Assembly: GCA_030390025.1 (NCBI GenBank)
Contig: JASTWF010000035.1
Coordinates: forward strand, 3,596,001 to 3,660,000
Direction of reading: 5' to 3'
DNA from: Squalus acanthias
Lineage: Eukaryota
DNA length: 64,000 bases
Shown here one piece after another: positions 1-12,900 of this stretch. Positions within the stretch are counted from its first letter, which is position 1; every line of letters starts with the position of its first letter. The notes under the pieces were generated by a model that was given only the letters and a program-made list of their open reading frames with translations, did not search any database and was not told the origin of the DNA. The translations under genes were made by a program, and so were the position numbers.

Positions 1-370
1 TCCACTAGACCGAAGCCAGTCGCCCATGTGTCACGATGCTATGATAGTGACAGTTTTACGCCGTCTGTAGATATGCAGCACGTTGAACAGAGTCCAGAGA
101 GGAACTATTATCATAAACAAAACCGCAACTCAGAGGGTAGGTTCGTCAGGGATCCCATGTCACGGAGTTCAGCACTACGGAGGCAAGCTGTCGAAAACTG
201 GCACCGTAGACCGTATCGTAATAGTACAGAGGGAGAAGAAGGAGATGTGTCAGATGCAGGATCGAGAACGACTGAATCGGAGGCGGAAGTATGGGAACCA
301 GAAAGTACAAGTTCAACAGAGCCACAGCAATTTGGATCAAACCGTGCCAGGGCTTACCGACTAGGTACCA
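1..370 (+). CDS. FBXO41: FBXO41-like F-box protein, coding exon (5'-partial; begins before the window)
   Basis: Frame +1 is open from base 1. The peptide RRQAVENWHRRPYRNSTEGEEGDVSDAGSRTTESEAE matches recalled vertebrate FBXO41 (RRQAIQNWQRRPRRHSTEGEEGDVSDVGSRTTESEAE). Donor CCA|GTAAGT at 370/371, phase 1. Confidence 0.88.
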
Positions 371-1199
371 GTAAGTACTGCACTATATCCTGACACTATA
401 GATCAGTGGTTCTCAAACTGGGGTCCGTGAACCCCAAGGGGTCCACAAAACATTGACCAATTGTCCTTCTATCTCCCTCCCTACTTTAAATGGTTAGTGC
501 AAAGTGGTTTGCTTACAGATTGCATACCAGTTTGGCTTCTGAAAGCAAACACTCTGCTCGGTGGTTGGGTTATGTATTTTCTTTTACCCCTTCTCGTACC
601 TTACTTACCGATTGAGGCATTTATTCTACACCGGGAGCTGATTGACGGTTCTATTATCCAATTATCGTCTTTGTCGGTGATTTGTTTGGAATGTTACTAA
701 CGGGTATCATCCAATCAACATGTGGCAAAGGTGGGACTTCCCGCGTGTGATGGTAGGTTGAGGCGGAGTAGCGCGGCCTCTCGGTACCTTCCTGATTCAA
801 TCGTGTGACGTGGCTGCCCTCCCAGTGGGGGGTTGCGAAAGAATCCACCGGGGGACACCTGGCACCAGTGAGTCAACAGCAGGCCCGCTCAAACATTCCA
901 GCCACCTGTAAGACGGACCCTATGAATATGAATGGTGAATCAGTAGGGCAGAGCGTAGCAGTGCGGGGATTATGTCATGAGGAGCCAGCAGCGGAAACTA
1001 CATTGTATCTGTCCCGAGGGTGAAGGATGGAGGTGAAATACAGCAGCAGCATCGCTGGCTTTGCGCGAGAGCGTAAACTCGGCTGCTAAATGCAGCATGG
1101 ATCAGCCTTCAGTTCGCATTAAATAAAATTTGGATCATCCCAAGAATCCAAACGTGATTCCGAACCAACCTGCCCCTCTGAGTCTTGGATGAAATTGAC

Positions 1200-2385
1200 A
1201 CAGTGGACTGGGAATTAAATATTGCAGGGTATAACATATTTAGAAAAGATAGAGAGGGAAAAGGGGAAGGTGGAGTAGCTGTACTTATTAGGGATAACAT
1301 AATAGCAGTAGAAAAAAGTGACGCAGCTATAAGCAAGACAGAAATAGAATCCATGTGGATAGAGATAAAAGATAATAAAGGATCAATTACACTAATAGGG
1401 GTAGTCTACAGGCCACCTAATAGTGGAAGGGAGGTGGAGGAAGAAAATAATCAAACAAATTAGGGAAATGAGTAAAAAACATGGAATAATAATCATCGGG
1501 GGTTTCAACTATCCCGATATTAATTGGACAGAAGAGGTAGGTAAAGGGGAAAAGGGAATGGAGTTCCTACAATGTACAGGACTCCTTTCTAACTCAATAT
1601 GTAAAAAGCCCAACAAGGGAGGATTCACTATTGGATCTAGTAATGGGGAATGAACTAGAGCAGATAATAGGAGTAAAAGTAGGGGAGCATCTAGGCAATA
1701 GTGACCATAATATAATACGCTTTAAAGTAATAATTGAGAAGGACATGAGTACGATGAAGACCAGGGTAATAGACTGGAGAAAAGCTGATTTTAAGGGGCT
1801 GAGAATAGAACTTGGGAAAATAAAATGGACAACAATATTGGCAAACAATGACGTCAAACAACGATGGGAAACATTTAAAACAGTGTTCAACAGAGTCCAG
1901 GAAAAATATATTCTGCTAAAAAACAAGAACAAGCTAAACACTAATGAGTCACCATAGATGAATGAAGCCATAAGGGAAAAATTGAGGGTAAGGAAACAAC
2001 AACAACAACTTGTATTTATATAGCACCTTTAACATCTGTGCATTTTAAAAGAATCTAGGGAAGAGATAGCAGAGGCATTACTACACATATGTAATAATTC
2101 ATTAGAAAAAGGTGTAGTGCCAGAGGACAGGCAGATAGCTAATATAATACCTATATTTAAGAAGGGAGATAGAACATGTCCAAGGAACTAATGACCAGTC
2201 AGCTTAACATCTGTGGTAAGAAAAATAATGGAATCCCTACGAAAGGATAAAATAGAAGAACATCCAGAAGTCAAAAATATAATAATGAATAGTCAGAATG
2301 GATTTCAAAAGGGAAAGTCTTGCTTGACCAACCTCATTGAATTTTTTGAAGAGGTAACAGAGAATAGACAAGGGTAATGCAGTAA
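1200..2385 (+). mobile_element. Degenerate CR1 LINE fragment (APE endonuclease to start of RT)
   Basis: ORFs with GYNIFRKDR..GGGVAV, GVVYRPP, LGNSDHN and KGKSCLTNL; frameshifts and deletions. Confidence 0.85.
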
Positions 2386-2526
2386 CTGATCCTTGTCGAA
2401 CACCACCACCCACCTTGTGCCACTGTGAATAACTACCCTTTACCCCTACTCTCGGCTTTCTGTCTTGAGGCCAACTAGCTATCCATTCTGCTACTTGTCC
2501 CCTGACTCCGCATTCTCTGTCCTTGT

Positions 2527-3690
2527 AGATTATGGAACAGTTCCTGCAGATTGGAGGGAGGCAAATGTAACTCCACTATTTTAAAAAAGGAGGGAGAGAG
2601 AAAATGGGGAACTACAGACTGGTTAGCCTAACATCAATAGTAGGATAAATGCTAGCGTCTATAGAATTTTGGAAGATGACAACCAATGCATCCACTATTT
2701 CCATGGCTACCTCTTTTAGTACTCTGGGATGCACATTATCAGGCCCTGGGGATTTATCAGCTTTCAGTCCCATTAACTGGTAGAATAGATAACGGAGAAC
2801 CAGTGGATGTGGTGTATTTGGATTTTCACATGGCCTTTGATAAAATCCCACATAAGAGGTTAGTGTGCAAAATTAAAGCACATGGGATTGGGGGTAATAT
2901 ACTGGCATGGATTGAAAACAGAAAGGTAGAGTATTATTTAAATACTAGATTGGGAAATGCTGATGTACAAAGGGACCTGGGTGTCCTTGTACACCAGTCA
3001 CTGAAAGCAAACATGCAGGTGCAGCAAGCAGTTAGGAAGGCAAATGGTATGTTGGCCTTCATTGCAAGAGGATTTGAGTACAGGAGCAAGGATGTCTTAC
3101 TACAGTTGTACAGGGCCTTGGTGAGACCACACCTGGAATTCTGTGTGCAGTTTTGGTCTCCTTACCTAAGAAAGGATATACTTGCCATAGAGGGAGTGCA
3201 GCGAAGGTTCACCAGACTGATTCCTGGGATGGCAGGACTGTCGTATGAGGAGAGATTGGGTCGACTAGGCCTGTATTCACTGGAGTTAAGAAGAATGAGA
3301 GGGGATCTCATTGAAACGTATAAAAGTCTGACAGTGCTAGACAGACTGGATGCAGGGAGGATGTTTCCCCTGGCTGGGGGGTCTAGAACGAGGGGTCACA
3401 GTCTCAGGATACAGGGTAGGACATTTAGGACTGAGAGGAGGAGAAATTTCTTCACTCAGAGAGTGGTGAACCTGTGGAATTCTCGACCACAGAAGGCTGT
3501 AGAGGCCAAGTCAATATATTTAAGAAGGAGATAGATAGATTTCTAGACACAAAAGGCATCAAGGGGTATGGGGAGAGAGCGGGAATATGGTATTGAGATA
3601 GAGGATCAGCCATGATCATACTGAATGGCGGAGCAGGCTCGAAGGGCTGAATGGCCTACTCCTGCTCCTATTTTTCTATGTTTCTATTAA
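2527..3690 (+). mobile_element. CR1 LINE RT/3' end with an internal inverted segment and deletions
   Basis: VDVVYLDF, LVRPHLEFCVQFWSP and RRNFFTQRVVNLWN motifs; 3' hairpin followed by a TTCTATG tail; 2659-2775 is in reverse orientation. Confidence 0.88.
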
Positions 3691-3694
3691 TAAA

Positions 3695-4532
3695 CGTGCA
3701 GAGTGGGCATATAATTGGCAAATGAAATTCAACACAGATAAATGTGAGGTATTACATTTTTGTTTGAAGACTAGGGAGGTCACTTATTACTTGGAGAGTG
3801 CGAGTCTGGGTGGGGTTGAGGAGCAAAGAGATCTCAGAGTACAAATACACAAATCACTAAAAGTTGCGACACAGGTTAACAAGGCCATAAAAAAAAGCAA
3901 ATCAGGCACGAGGGTTTATTTCTAGAGGTATAGCATTGAAAAGTAGAGAAGTTATGCTAAACTTGTATCTAACCTTGGTTAGACCACATTTGGAGTACTG
4001 CATACAATTCTGGTCGCCATATTATAAAAAGGATATAGAGGCACTGGAGAGGGTGCAGAGAAGATTTACAAGGATGATACCAGAAATGCGAGCGTATACC
4101 TATCAGGAGAGGATGAACAGGCTGGGTCTCTTTTTTGCTTGAAAAAAGAAGGCTGAGGGGTGACCTAATTGAGGTCTTTAAAATTATGAAAGGTTTTGAC
4201 AGAGTAGATACAGAGAGAGTGTTTCCACTTGTGGGGAACAGCATAACAAGAGGCCATCAATATAAGATAGTCACCAAGAAATGAAATAGGGAATTCAGGC
4301 GAAACTTCTTTACCCAGAGAGTGGTGAGAATGTGGAACTCGCTACCACAGGGAGTAGTTGAGGCAAATAGTATAGATGCATTTAAGGGGAGGCTAGATAA
4401 GCATGTGAGAGAGAAGGGAATAGAGGGTTATCCTGATAGAGTTAGATGAGGAAAGACGAGAGGAGGCTCGAGTGGAGCATAAACATCGGCATGGACTGGT
4501 TGGGCCAAATGGGCTGTTTCTGTGCTGTATAT
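3695..4532 (+). mobile_element. 5'-truncated CR1 LINE (RT C-terminus and 3' UTR)
   Basis: MKFNTDKCEVLHF and LVRPHLEYCIQFWSP motifs; CR1-type 3' UTR. Confidence 0.87.
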
Positions 4533-4569
4533 AACAACATAAGAACATAAGAAATAGGAGCAGGAGTAG

Positions 4570-5334
4570 CCTGATCAAGAAAGCCAATGGAATGTTGGCT
4601 TTTATTGCTAGGGGGATAGAATATAAAAACAGGGAGGTATTGCTGCAGTTGTATAGGGTATTGGTGAGACCGCACCTGGAGTACTGCATGCAGTTTTGGT
4701 GTCCATACTTAAGAAAAGACATACTTGCTCTCGAGGCAGTACAAAGAAGGTTCACTCGGTTAATTCCGGGGATGAGGGGGTGGACATACGAGGAGAGGTT
4801 GAGTAGATTGGGACTCTACTCATTGGGGTTCAGAAGAATGAGAGGCGATCTTATTGAAACATATAAGATTGTGAAGGGGCTTGATCGGGTGGACGCGGTG
4901 AGGATGTTCCCAATGATGGGTGAAACTAGAACTAGGGGACATAATCTTAGAATAAGGGGCTGCTCTTTCAAAACTGAGATGAGGAGAAACTTTTTCACTC
5001 AGAGGGTAGTGGGTCTGTGGAATTTGCTACCCCAGGAAGCTGTGGAAGCTACTTCATTAAATAAATTTAAAACAGAAATAGACCGTTTCCTAGAAGTAAA
5101 GGGAATCAGGGGTTACGGGGAGCGGGCTGGAAATTGGACATGAGTTTGATTTCGGATCGGTCAAGGCCCTGTGGGTGGCGGAGCGGGCCCAGGGGCCGAG
5201 TGGCCTGGTCCTGCTCCTACTTGTGTTCTTCAGAGTTGAGGTTGGATCAGATCAGCCATGATCTCATTGAATGGCGGAGCAGGCTCGAGGGGCCGATTGG
5301 TCTACTCCTGCTCCTATTTCTTATGTTCTTATGT
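4570..5334 (+). mobile_element. 5'-truncated CR1 inserted antisense into the 3' UTR of another CR1
   Basis: Intact 183-aa RT C-terminal ORF; TTCTTATG tail; flanked by AGGAGTAG at 4562-4569 and 5335-5342. Confidence 0.88.
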
Positions 5335-6646
5335 AGGAGTAGGCCATTCGGCCTTTCGAGCCTGCTCTGCCATTCAGTGAGCTCATGGCTGATCTTCTGC
5401 CTCAACTCTATTCACCGGCCCTATTGCCATATCCCTTGATGCCCTTACTAGTCAGAAATCTATCGACTTCTGTTTTGAATATACCCAATGACTGCGCCTC
5501 CACAGCCCTCTGGGGTAGAGAATTCCAAAGAATCACCACCCTCTGTGCGAAGAAATTTCTTCTCATCTCAGTCCTGTATGGCCTACCCTTTATCTTGAGG
5601 CTGTGGCCCCTGGTTCTAGACTCCCCAGCTAAGGGAAACATTCTACCAGCATCCATCCTATCAAGCCCTGTAATAATTTTGTATGCTTCAATGAGATCCC
5701 CTCTCATTCTTCTGAATTCAAGAGAATACAGGCCTAGTTTACTCAATCTCTTCTCATACGACAGTCCCGCCATCCCAGGAATCAATCTCGTGAACCTTCG
5801 TTGCACTCCCTCTGGCAAGTATATCCTTCCTTAGGTAAAGAGACCAAAATCGTACACAGTACTCCAGGTGTGGTCTCACCAAGGCCCTATATAATTGGAG
5901 TAAGACTTCTTTACTCCTGTACTCAAATCCTCTTGTAATGAAGGCCAGCATACCAGTTGCCTTCCTGCACATTCACTTTCAGTGACTCATGTACAAGGAC
6001 ACCCAGGACCCTTTGAGCATCTACATTCCCCAATCTTTCACCATTTAGGAAATACTCTTGCCTTTCTGTTTTTTCTACCAAAGTGGATAACTTCACATTT
6101 ATCCACATTATATTCCATCTGCCATGTTCTCGCCCACTCACTGAGCCTGTCGAAATCCCCTGGAAGCCTCTGAACATCCTCTTCACAACTGCCACTGCCA
6201 CCTAGCTTTGTATCATCAGCAAATTTGGAAATGTTACATTTAGTCCCCTCATCCAAATCATTGATATCGATTGTGAATAGCTGGGGCCCAAGCACCGATC
6301 CTTGCGGTACCCCACTAGTCACAGCCTGCCATCCTGAAAAAGACCCGTTTATCCCTACTCTTTGTTTTCTGTCTGTTAACCAATTCTCAATCCATGCTGG
6401 TATATTACCCCCAATTCCATGTGCCCTAATTTTGTTCACCAACCTTTTGTGTGGGACCTTATCGAAGGCCTTCTGCAAATCCAGATACACCACATCTACC
6501 GGTTCCCCTTTGTCTACTCCACTAGTTACATCCTCAAAGAACTCCAATAGGTTTGTCAAACAGGATTTCCCTTTCATAAGTCCATGTTGACTCTGCCCAA
6601 TCTTACTATTAGTTTCTAAGTGCCCAGTTATTGCATCCTTTATAAT

Positions 6647-7406
6647 GGCCCAGAAATTCGCCTCTCTGGCTTGCCGCGGGGGTAAGGATCGCGCGTGCTC
6701 TTACCTACCACTCCTGCCGTTTTGTTTTGGGCCCACGGGAACTTCGGGTCCTGGGCCTCTCCCAACTGCCGGCGCGCAGTGCTTGCGTGTTCCAGGGGCG
6801 CAGTTAGTGCGATGCGTCCCCTGGGATCACGTGGGCCATGGAGAGCCAATGGCAGCAGACCATCTTTCATTCATAGATTTGACAGGAGACCTGTCAAATC
6901 TGTGAATTGAAATCGGCCCCAAAAGAACAGCTAAACTTAAAATAAATGAAAAAAAAACATCACATTTATAAAACAACTATAGTTAAATAAATTAACCACT
7001 TTAATGAAAAATGTAAATTTTTGAAAAAAATAAAAGTTTTTAAAAGTGATAAAAATAAATTTACCTTTCTTTAAAGTATCTAAAAAAGATAAACCTGTTG
7101 AAATTTTTTTTAAATTATACTTAATTAACTACTTACCTTGTTGAAAACGGGTCTTGCGCCTCCTTTTTAATAGCGTAGTATCTTCAATACTTATCCTCGC
7201 GTAGAAACCTGAAAAAAAATCTAAGTGTGCTGCGTGCGCGCAGCCTCTACCGCGCACATGGTTCACCTAGGAACCGCCCCCTTCACCAGACCGGAAGTTC
7301 CGGTTTCCCGCGCATGCGCAGTGCATGCAGGAAACCGGCACTTCGGGACGTCTTACGGGTGAGTACACACTGTGTACTCACGCGGGAAGGGCCGAATTTT
7401 TGGCCC
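6647..7406. mobile_element. Non-autonomous DNA transposon (MITE), Harbinger/PIF-like
   Basis: Imperfect TIRs GGCCCAGAAATTCG / GGGCCAAAAATTCG (reverse complement of the right end); 3-bp TSD AAT (6644-6646, 7407-7409). Removing it restores a continuous CR1 RT sequence. Confidence 0.85.
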
Positions 7407-9389
7407 AATAGATTCCAGCATTTTCCCAACTACTGATGTGAGGCCAACAGGTCTGTAGTTCCCCGTTTTCTCTCTCACTCCTTTCTTAAATCGCAGGGTT
7501 ACATTTGCTATCTTCCAATCTGCAGGAACCGTTCCAGAATCTATAGAATTTTGGAAGATGACAACCAATGCGTCCACTATCCCAATGGCCACTTCTTTCA
7601 AAACCCTAGGATGTAGGTCATCCGGTCCTTGGGATTTATCGACTTTTGGTCCCATTAATTTTGCTAGTACTGTTTTTTAACTAATAATAATTTCTTTAAG
7701 TTCTTCATTCTCGCCACACCCTTGGTTTTCTCGTATTTCTGGGAGGTTTTTTGTGTCTTCCTCCGTGAAGACAGAAACAAAGTATTTATTTAATTTCTCT
7801 TGCCATTTCCTCATTCCCCATTATAAATTCTCCCGCCTCTGACTGTAAAGGACCTACATTTACCTTCGCCAGTCTTTTCCTTTTCACATACCTATAGAAG
7901 CTTTTACAATCCGTTTTTATATTTTTCGCTAGTTTGTGCTCATATTCCATTTTCCCTTTCTTGATCAATTTCTTGGTCCCCCTTTGCTGATTTCTAAAAA
8001 GATCCCAATCTTCAGGCTGACCGCTTTTTCTGGCAACTTTATAAGCTTCCTCCTTTGACTTCATACTCGCTTTAATTTCTTTTGTTAGCCATGGTTGGAT
8101 CACTTTTCCTTTTGGGTTTTTATGCCCTAGAGGAATATATGTTTGTTGCAAATTATGCATTATTTCCTTGAATGTTAGTCATTGTATGTCCACCTTCATA
8201 CCTTTTAAAAGTAGTCTCCCAATCTACCATAGCCAACTTGTCCCTCATACCCTTGTAGTTTCCTCTGTTTAGATTGAAGACCTTAGTTTCAGTTTGGATT
8301 ACATCACTCTCAAACTTAATGTAAAATTCAATCATATTATGGTCACTTGTCCCTAAAGGCCCCTTTACCACAAGATTATTGATTAGCCCTTTCTCATTAC
8401 ACAGTACCAGATTCAGAATACCCTTATCCCTGGTTAGTTCCTCCACATACTGATCCAGGAAACCATCTCGCATGCATTCCAAGAATTTGTCCTCCACACC
8501 ATTAGTGGTAATTTGATTTGCCCAGTCAATATGTAGATTAAAGTCCCCCATGATTACCGTATTGCCCTTGTTACATACACTTCTAATTTCTTGATTGATA
8601 CTGTGCCCTACATTACCACTACTGTTTGGTGGCCTATACACAACTCCCACCAATGTTTTACGCCCTTTGCTGTTTCTTAGCTGCACCCAAACTGATTCCA
8701 GTTCTACATCACGATCTGCCGAGCCAAGATCTTTTATCTCTACAGTACCGATCTCATCCCTTATTAACAGCGCTACGCCACCTCCTTTTCCTTTTTGTCT
8801 GTCCTTCCTAAATGTTGAGTACCCCGGAACATCCAGTTCCCAGCTTTGTGTTACCCTGCAACCATGTCTCTGTAATGGCAATTACATCATACCCATTTAC
8901 TTCTATTTGTGCCATTAATTCATCCACCTTGTTGCGAATGCTACGTGCATTTAGATAAAGTGCCTTCAACTTTGCCTGTTTAATATTTTTCTGCACTTTG
9001 ACCCGCTTTACTGTTAGCCTTTGTTTCTGCTCCCTACTAGTTTTGCTGACTACTTTTCCAACTTGCACTTCCGGCTTTGTTTCTCTCTGTTCTGGACCCA
9101 CACTTAGGTTCCCAGCCCCCTGACAAACTAGTTAAATCCTTCCCAACAGCAGTAGCAAACCCCCCCTGCGAGGGTATTGGTCCCGGTTCTGCCGAGGTGT
9201 AATCCGTCCAGCTTGTACAGGTCCCACCTTCCCCAGAATCGGTCCTAATGCCTCAGGAATTTAAATCCCTCCCTCCTACGCCATCTCTCCAGCCATGCAT
9301 TCATCTGGTCTATTCTATTGTTTCTGCTCTCACTAGCACGTGACACTGGGAGTAATCCTGAGATTATTACCTTTGAGATCCTACTTGCT

Positions 9390-9847
9390 ATTCTCTTGCA
9401 ATTCACCTTGGAGAGGGGTCAGGAAGTGAGCCACTCGATGAAGAGTACCCAGTGTCTGTCATGCTCTTGTAACCATGCTGGTCTAGTTGTGCTATTGGTC
9501 AATAGTGACCCCCAGGATGTTGTTGATAGAGGTTGTGGTGGCGTTGAATACCAAGGGGATGTTTCTGTGCTTTCTCTTGTTCAAGATTGTCAATACCTGG
9601 CACTTGGGTGGCACGAAAGTTACCTGCTACTTGTCAACCTGAGTCTGGACATTATCCATGCCCTGCTGTCGGCTGGCATGGGCTGCATCATTATCGAATG
9701 AGTTGTGAATGGAGCTGAACACTGGAATAGTTAAAAAAAAAAACCAACCCCTTACTGTATAACAGAGGGAAGGTCATTGATGAAGCAGCTGAAGATGGTT
9801 GGATGAAGAATGCTGTCCTGATAAACTCCTGCAGCAATGTCCAAGGG
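9390..9847 (-). mobile_element. Old LINE RT fragment (second CR1/L2-group family, same family as 33670-34675)
   Basis: Shares GATGAAGCAGCTGAAGATGGTTGG and CCCCCAGGATGTTG blocks with 34320-34625. Confidence 0.65.
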
Positions 9848-9942
9848 TTAGCCATGGTTGTTAGCCATGGTTGTATCACTTTTCCTTTTGGGTTTTTATG
9901 CCCTAGAGGAATATATGTTTGTTGCAAATTATGCCTTATTTC

Positions 9943-12900
9943 ATACATACATACATAGTCATCAGCAAATTTAGCAACCATACCTTCAGTCCCTTCATCC
10001 AAGTCATTTATATAAATTGTAAAAAGTTGAGGCCCCAGCACTGATCCCTGTGGCACACCACTCGTTACATCTTGCCAATCAGAAAATGACCCATTTATGC
10101 CTACTCTCTGTTTCCTGTTAGCTAGCCAATCTTCTATCCATGCCAATATGTTACTCCCTACACCATGAGCTTTTATTTTCGCAATAACCTTTGATGTGGC
10201 ACCTTATCAAATGCCTTCTAGAAATCTAAGTACAGTACATCCATTGGTTCCCCTTTATCCACAGCACATGTTACTTCCTCAAAGAACTCCAATAAATTGG
10301 TTAAACATGATTTCCCTTTCACAAAACCATGTTGACTCTGCCTGATTACTTTGAACTTTTCTAAGTGCCCTGCTATAACATCTTTAATAATAGCTTCTAA
10401 CATCTTCCCTATGACAGATGTTAAGCTAACTGGCCTGTAGTTTCCTGCTATCTGTCTCCCTCCCTTTTTGAATAAAGGAGTTACATTCACAATGTTCCAA
10501 TTGAATGGAACCTTCCCCGAATCTAGGGAAATTTGGAAAATTAAAACCAACGCATCAACTATCTCAGTAGTCACTTCTTTTAAGACCCTAGGATGAAGTC
10601 CATCAGGACCCGGGGACTAGTCAGCCCGCAGCTCCAACAATTTGCTCAGTACCACTTCCCTGGTAATTATAATTTTCTTGACTTCCTCCCTCCCTTCCAT
10701 TTCCTGATTTACAGCTATTTCCGGGATGATATTTGTATCCTCTATAGTGAAGACCGATGCAAAATACCTGTTCAATTCAACTGCCATCTCCTTATTTTCC
10801 ATTATTAATTCCCCAGACTCACTTTCTATAGGACCAGCGCTCACTTTGTTAACTCTTACTATCTGTTTTTATATTTGTAGCTAGCTTTCTCTCGTACTCT
10901 AATTTTTCTCTCCTTATTAATCTTTTAGTCATTCTTTGCTGTTTTTTATATTCTGTCCAATCTTCTGACTTGCCACCCATCTTTGCGCAATTATATGCTT
11001 TTTCTTTAAGTTTAATACTATCTTTAACTTTTTTAGTTAACCACGGATGGTGGGTCCTCCCCTTGGAATTTTTCTTTCCTGTTGGAATGTATATATTCTG
11101 TGTATTTTGAAATATCCCCTTAAATGTCTGCCACTGCAACTCTATTGACCTATCCCTTAACCTAATTTGCCAGTTCACTTTAGCTAGTTCTGCTTTCATG
11201 CCCTCATAATTGCCCTTATTTAAGTTTAAAATACAAGTCTTGGACCCACTCTTCTCTCTCTGAAACTGAATGTAAAATTCAGTCATATTATGATCGCTGC
11301 TACCTAGGGCGCCTTCACTATGAGGTCATTAATTAATCCTATCTCGTTGCACAGTACCAGGTCTAGTACAGCCTGCTCTCTTATTGGCTGCAGAACATGT
11401 TGTTGTAAGAAACTATCCCGAAAACATTCCATGAACTCCTCATCTAGGCTACCTTTGCCCATCTGATTTTTCCAGTCTATATGCAGATTAAAATCCCCCA
11501 TGATTATTGCCGTACCCTTCTGACAAGCTCCCATTATTTCTTCCTTTATACTCCATCCTACCATGTGGTTACTGTTAGGGGGCCTGTACACCACTCCCAC
11601 AAGTGACTTCTTGCCTTTATTATTTCTCATTTCTACCCAAACCGCTTCCACATCCTGGTTTCCTGTACTTAGGTCATCCCTCTCTATTGTGATAATACCA
11701 TCATTAATTAACAGAGGCACCCCTCCACCTTTTCCCACCTTCCTGTCCTTCCTAAATGTCATGTACCCTTCAATATTCAGGTCCCAATCTATATCATCCT
11801 GCTGTGTTTCTGTAATAGCTATCAGATCATATTTATTTATTTCTATTTGCACCATCAGTTCATCTGTTTTGTTTCGAATGCTACGTGTATTCAGATGCAG
11901 AGCCTTTAGTTTTGTCCTTTTATTATTTTTGTAACCTCTAGCCTTATCTGTTGATTTACTCTTAGATTTGTACTCTCTATCCCTTCCTGTCACGGTCTGT
12001 TTATCATTTCCCATATTAATACCTTTCTCTATTGCCTTGTCTCTAATCTTTGAATTACCACATCTTCCCAAATTTGATCCCATGCCCCCAATATTTAGTT
12101 TAAAGCCCTCTCTACCGCCCTAGTTGTACGACTCGCCAGAACACTGGTCCCAGCACGGTTCAGGTGAAGACCGTCCCAATGATACAGATCCCACTTTCCC
12201 CAGTACTGGTGCCAGTGCCCCAGGAATTGAAACCCATTTCTCCCACACCAGTCTTTGAGCCATGCATTCATCTCTCTAATTTTATTTACCCTATGCCAAT
12301 TTGCTCATGGCTCAGGTAATAATGCAGACATTATTACCCTTGAGGTTCTGCTTTTTAATTTAGCCCCTAGCTGCTCATACTCTCTCAGCAGAACCTCTCT
12401 CCTAGTTCTACCTATGTCGTTGGTACCTACATGGACCACGACCACTGGCTCCTCCCCCTCCCACTGCAAGTTCCTCTCCAGCCCAGAGCAGATGTCCCGA
12501 ACCCTTGCAGCGGGCAGGCAACACAGCCGTCTGGACTCTCGCTCTTGGCCACAGATAACTGTATTTATCCCCCTAACTGTGCTGTCCCCAATTACCACTA
12601 CATTCCTATTAACTCCCCCCGCTTGAATGGCTTCCTGTACCTCGGTGCCATGGTCAGTTTGCTCATCCACACTGCAGCCACCGCTTTCATCCATACAGGC
12701 CGCAAGAACCTCAAAACTGTTGGACAATTGCAAAGGCTGAGGCTCCTCCACCTACTGGGTCCCCATACCTGCCTCACTCGCAGTCACATCCTCCTGTCCC
12801 TGACCACTGACCAAATCAGAAGACCCTATCCTAAGGGGTGTGACTGCCTCCTGGAATAAAGTGTCCAGGTAACTTTCCCCCTCCCTGATGCATCGCAGTG

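Larger units (their letters stand above)
4537..9385 (-). mobile_element. Near full-length CR1 LINE (ORF1 remnant, APE, RT, 3' tail), interrupted by a + strand CR1 (4570-5334) and a MITE (6647-7406)
   Basis: Colinear minus-strand ORFs: [35 protein letters not shown] and RRNFFAQRVV. The (TTCTTATG)n tail is at about 4537-4555. Confidence 0.88.

Noticed and set aside
404..446. hAT-like terminal sequence CAGTGGTTCTCAAACTGGGGTCC
   Set aside because: No matching second TIR or TSD was found; at most a remnant.
460..1200. CpG-containing segment with short ORFs, possibly a DNA-transposon remnant or an extra exon
   Set aside because: No recognisable protein motif or paired termini, and the FBXO41 peptide is continuous without it; left unassigned.
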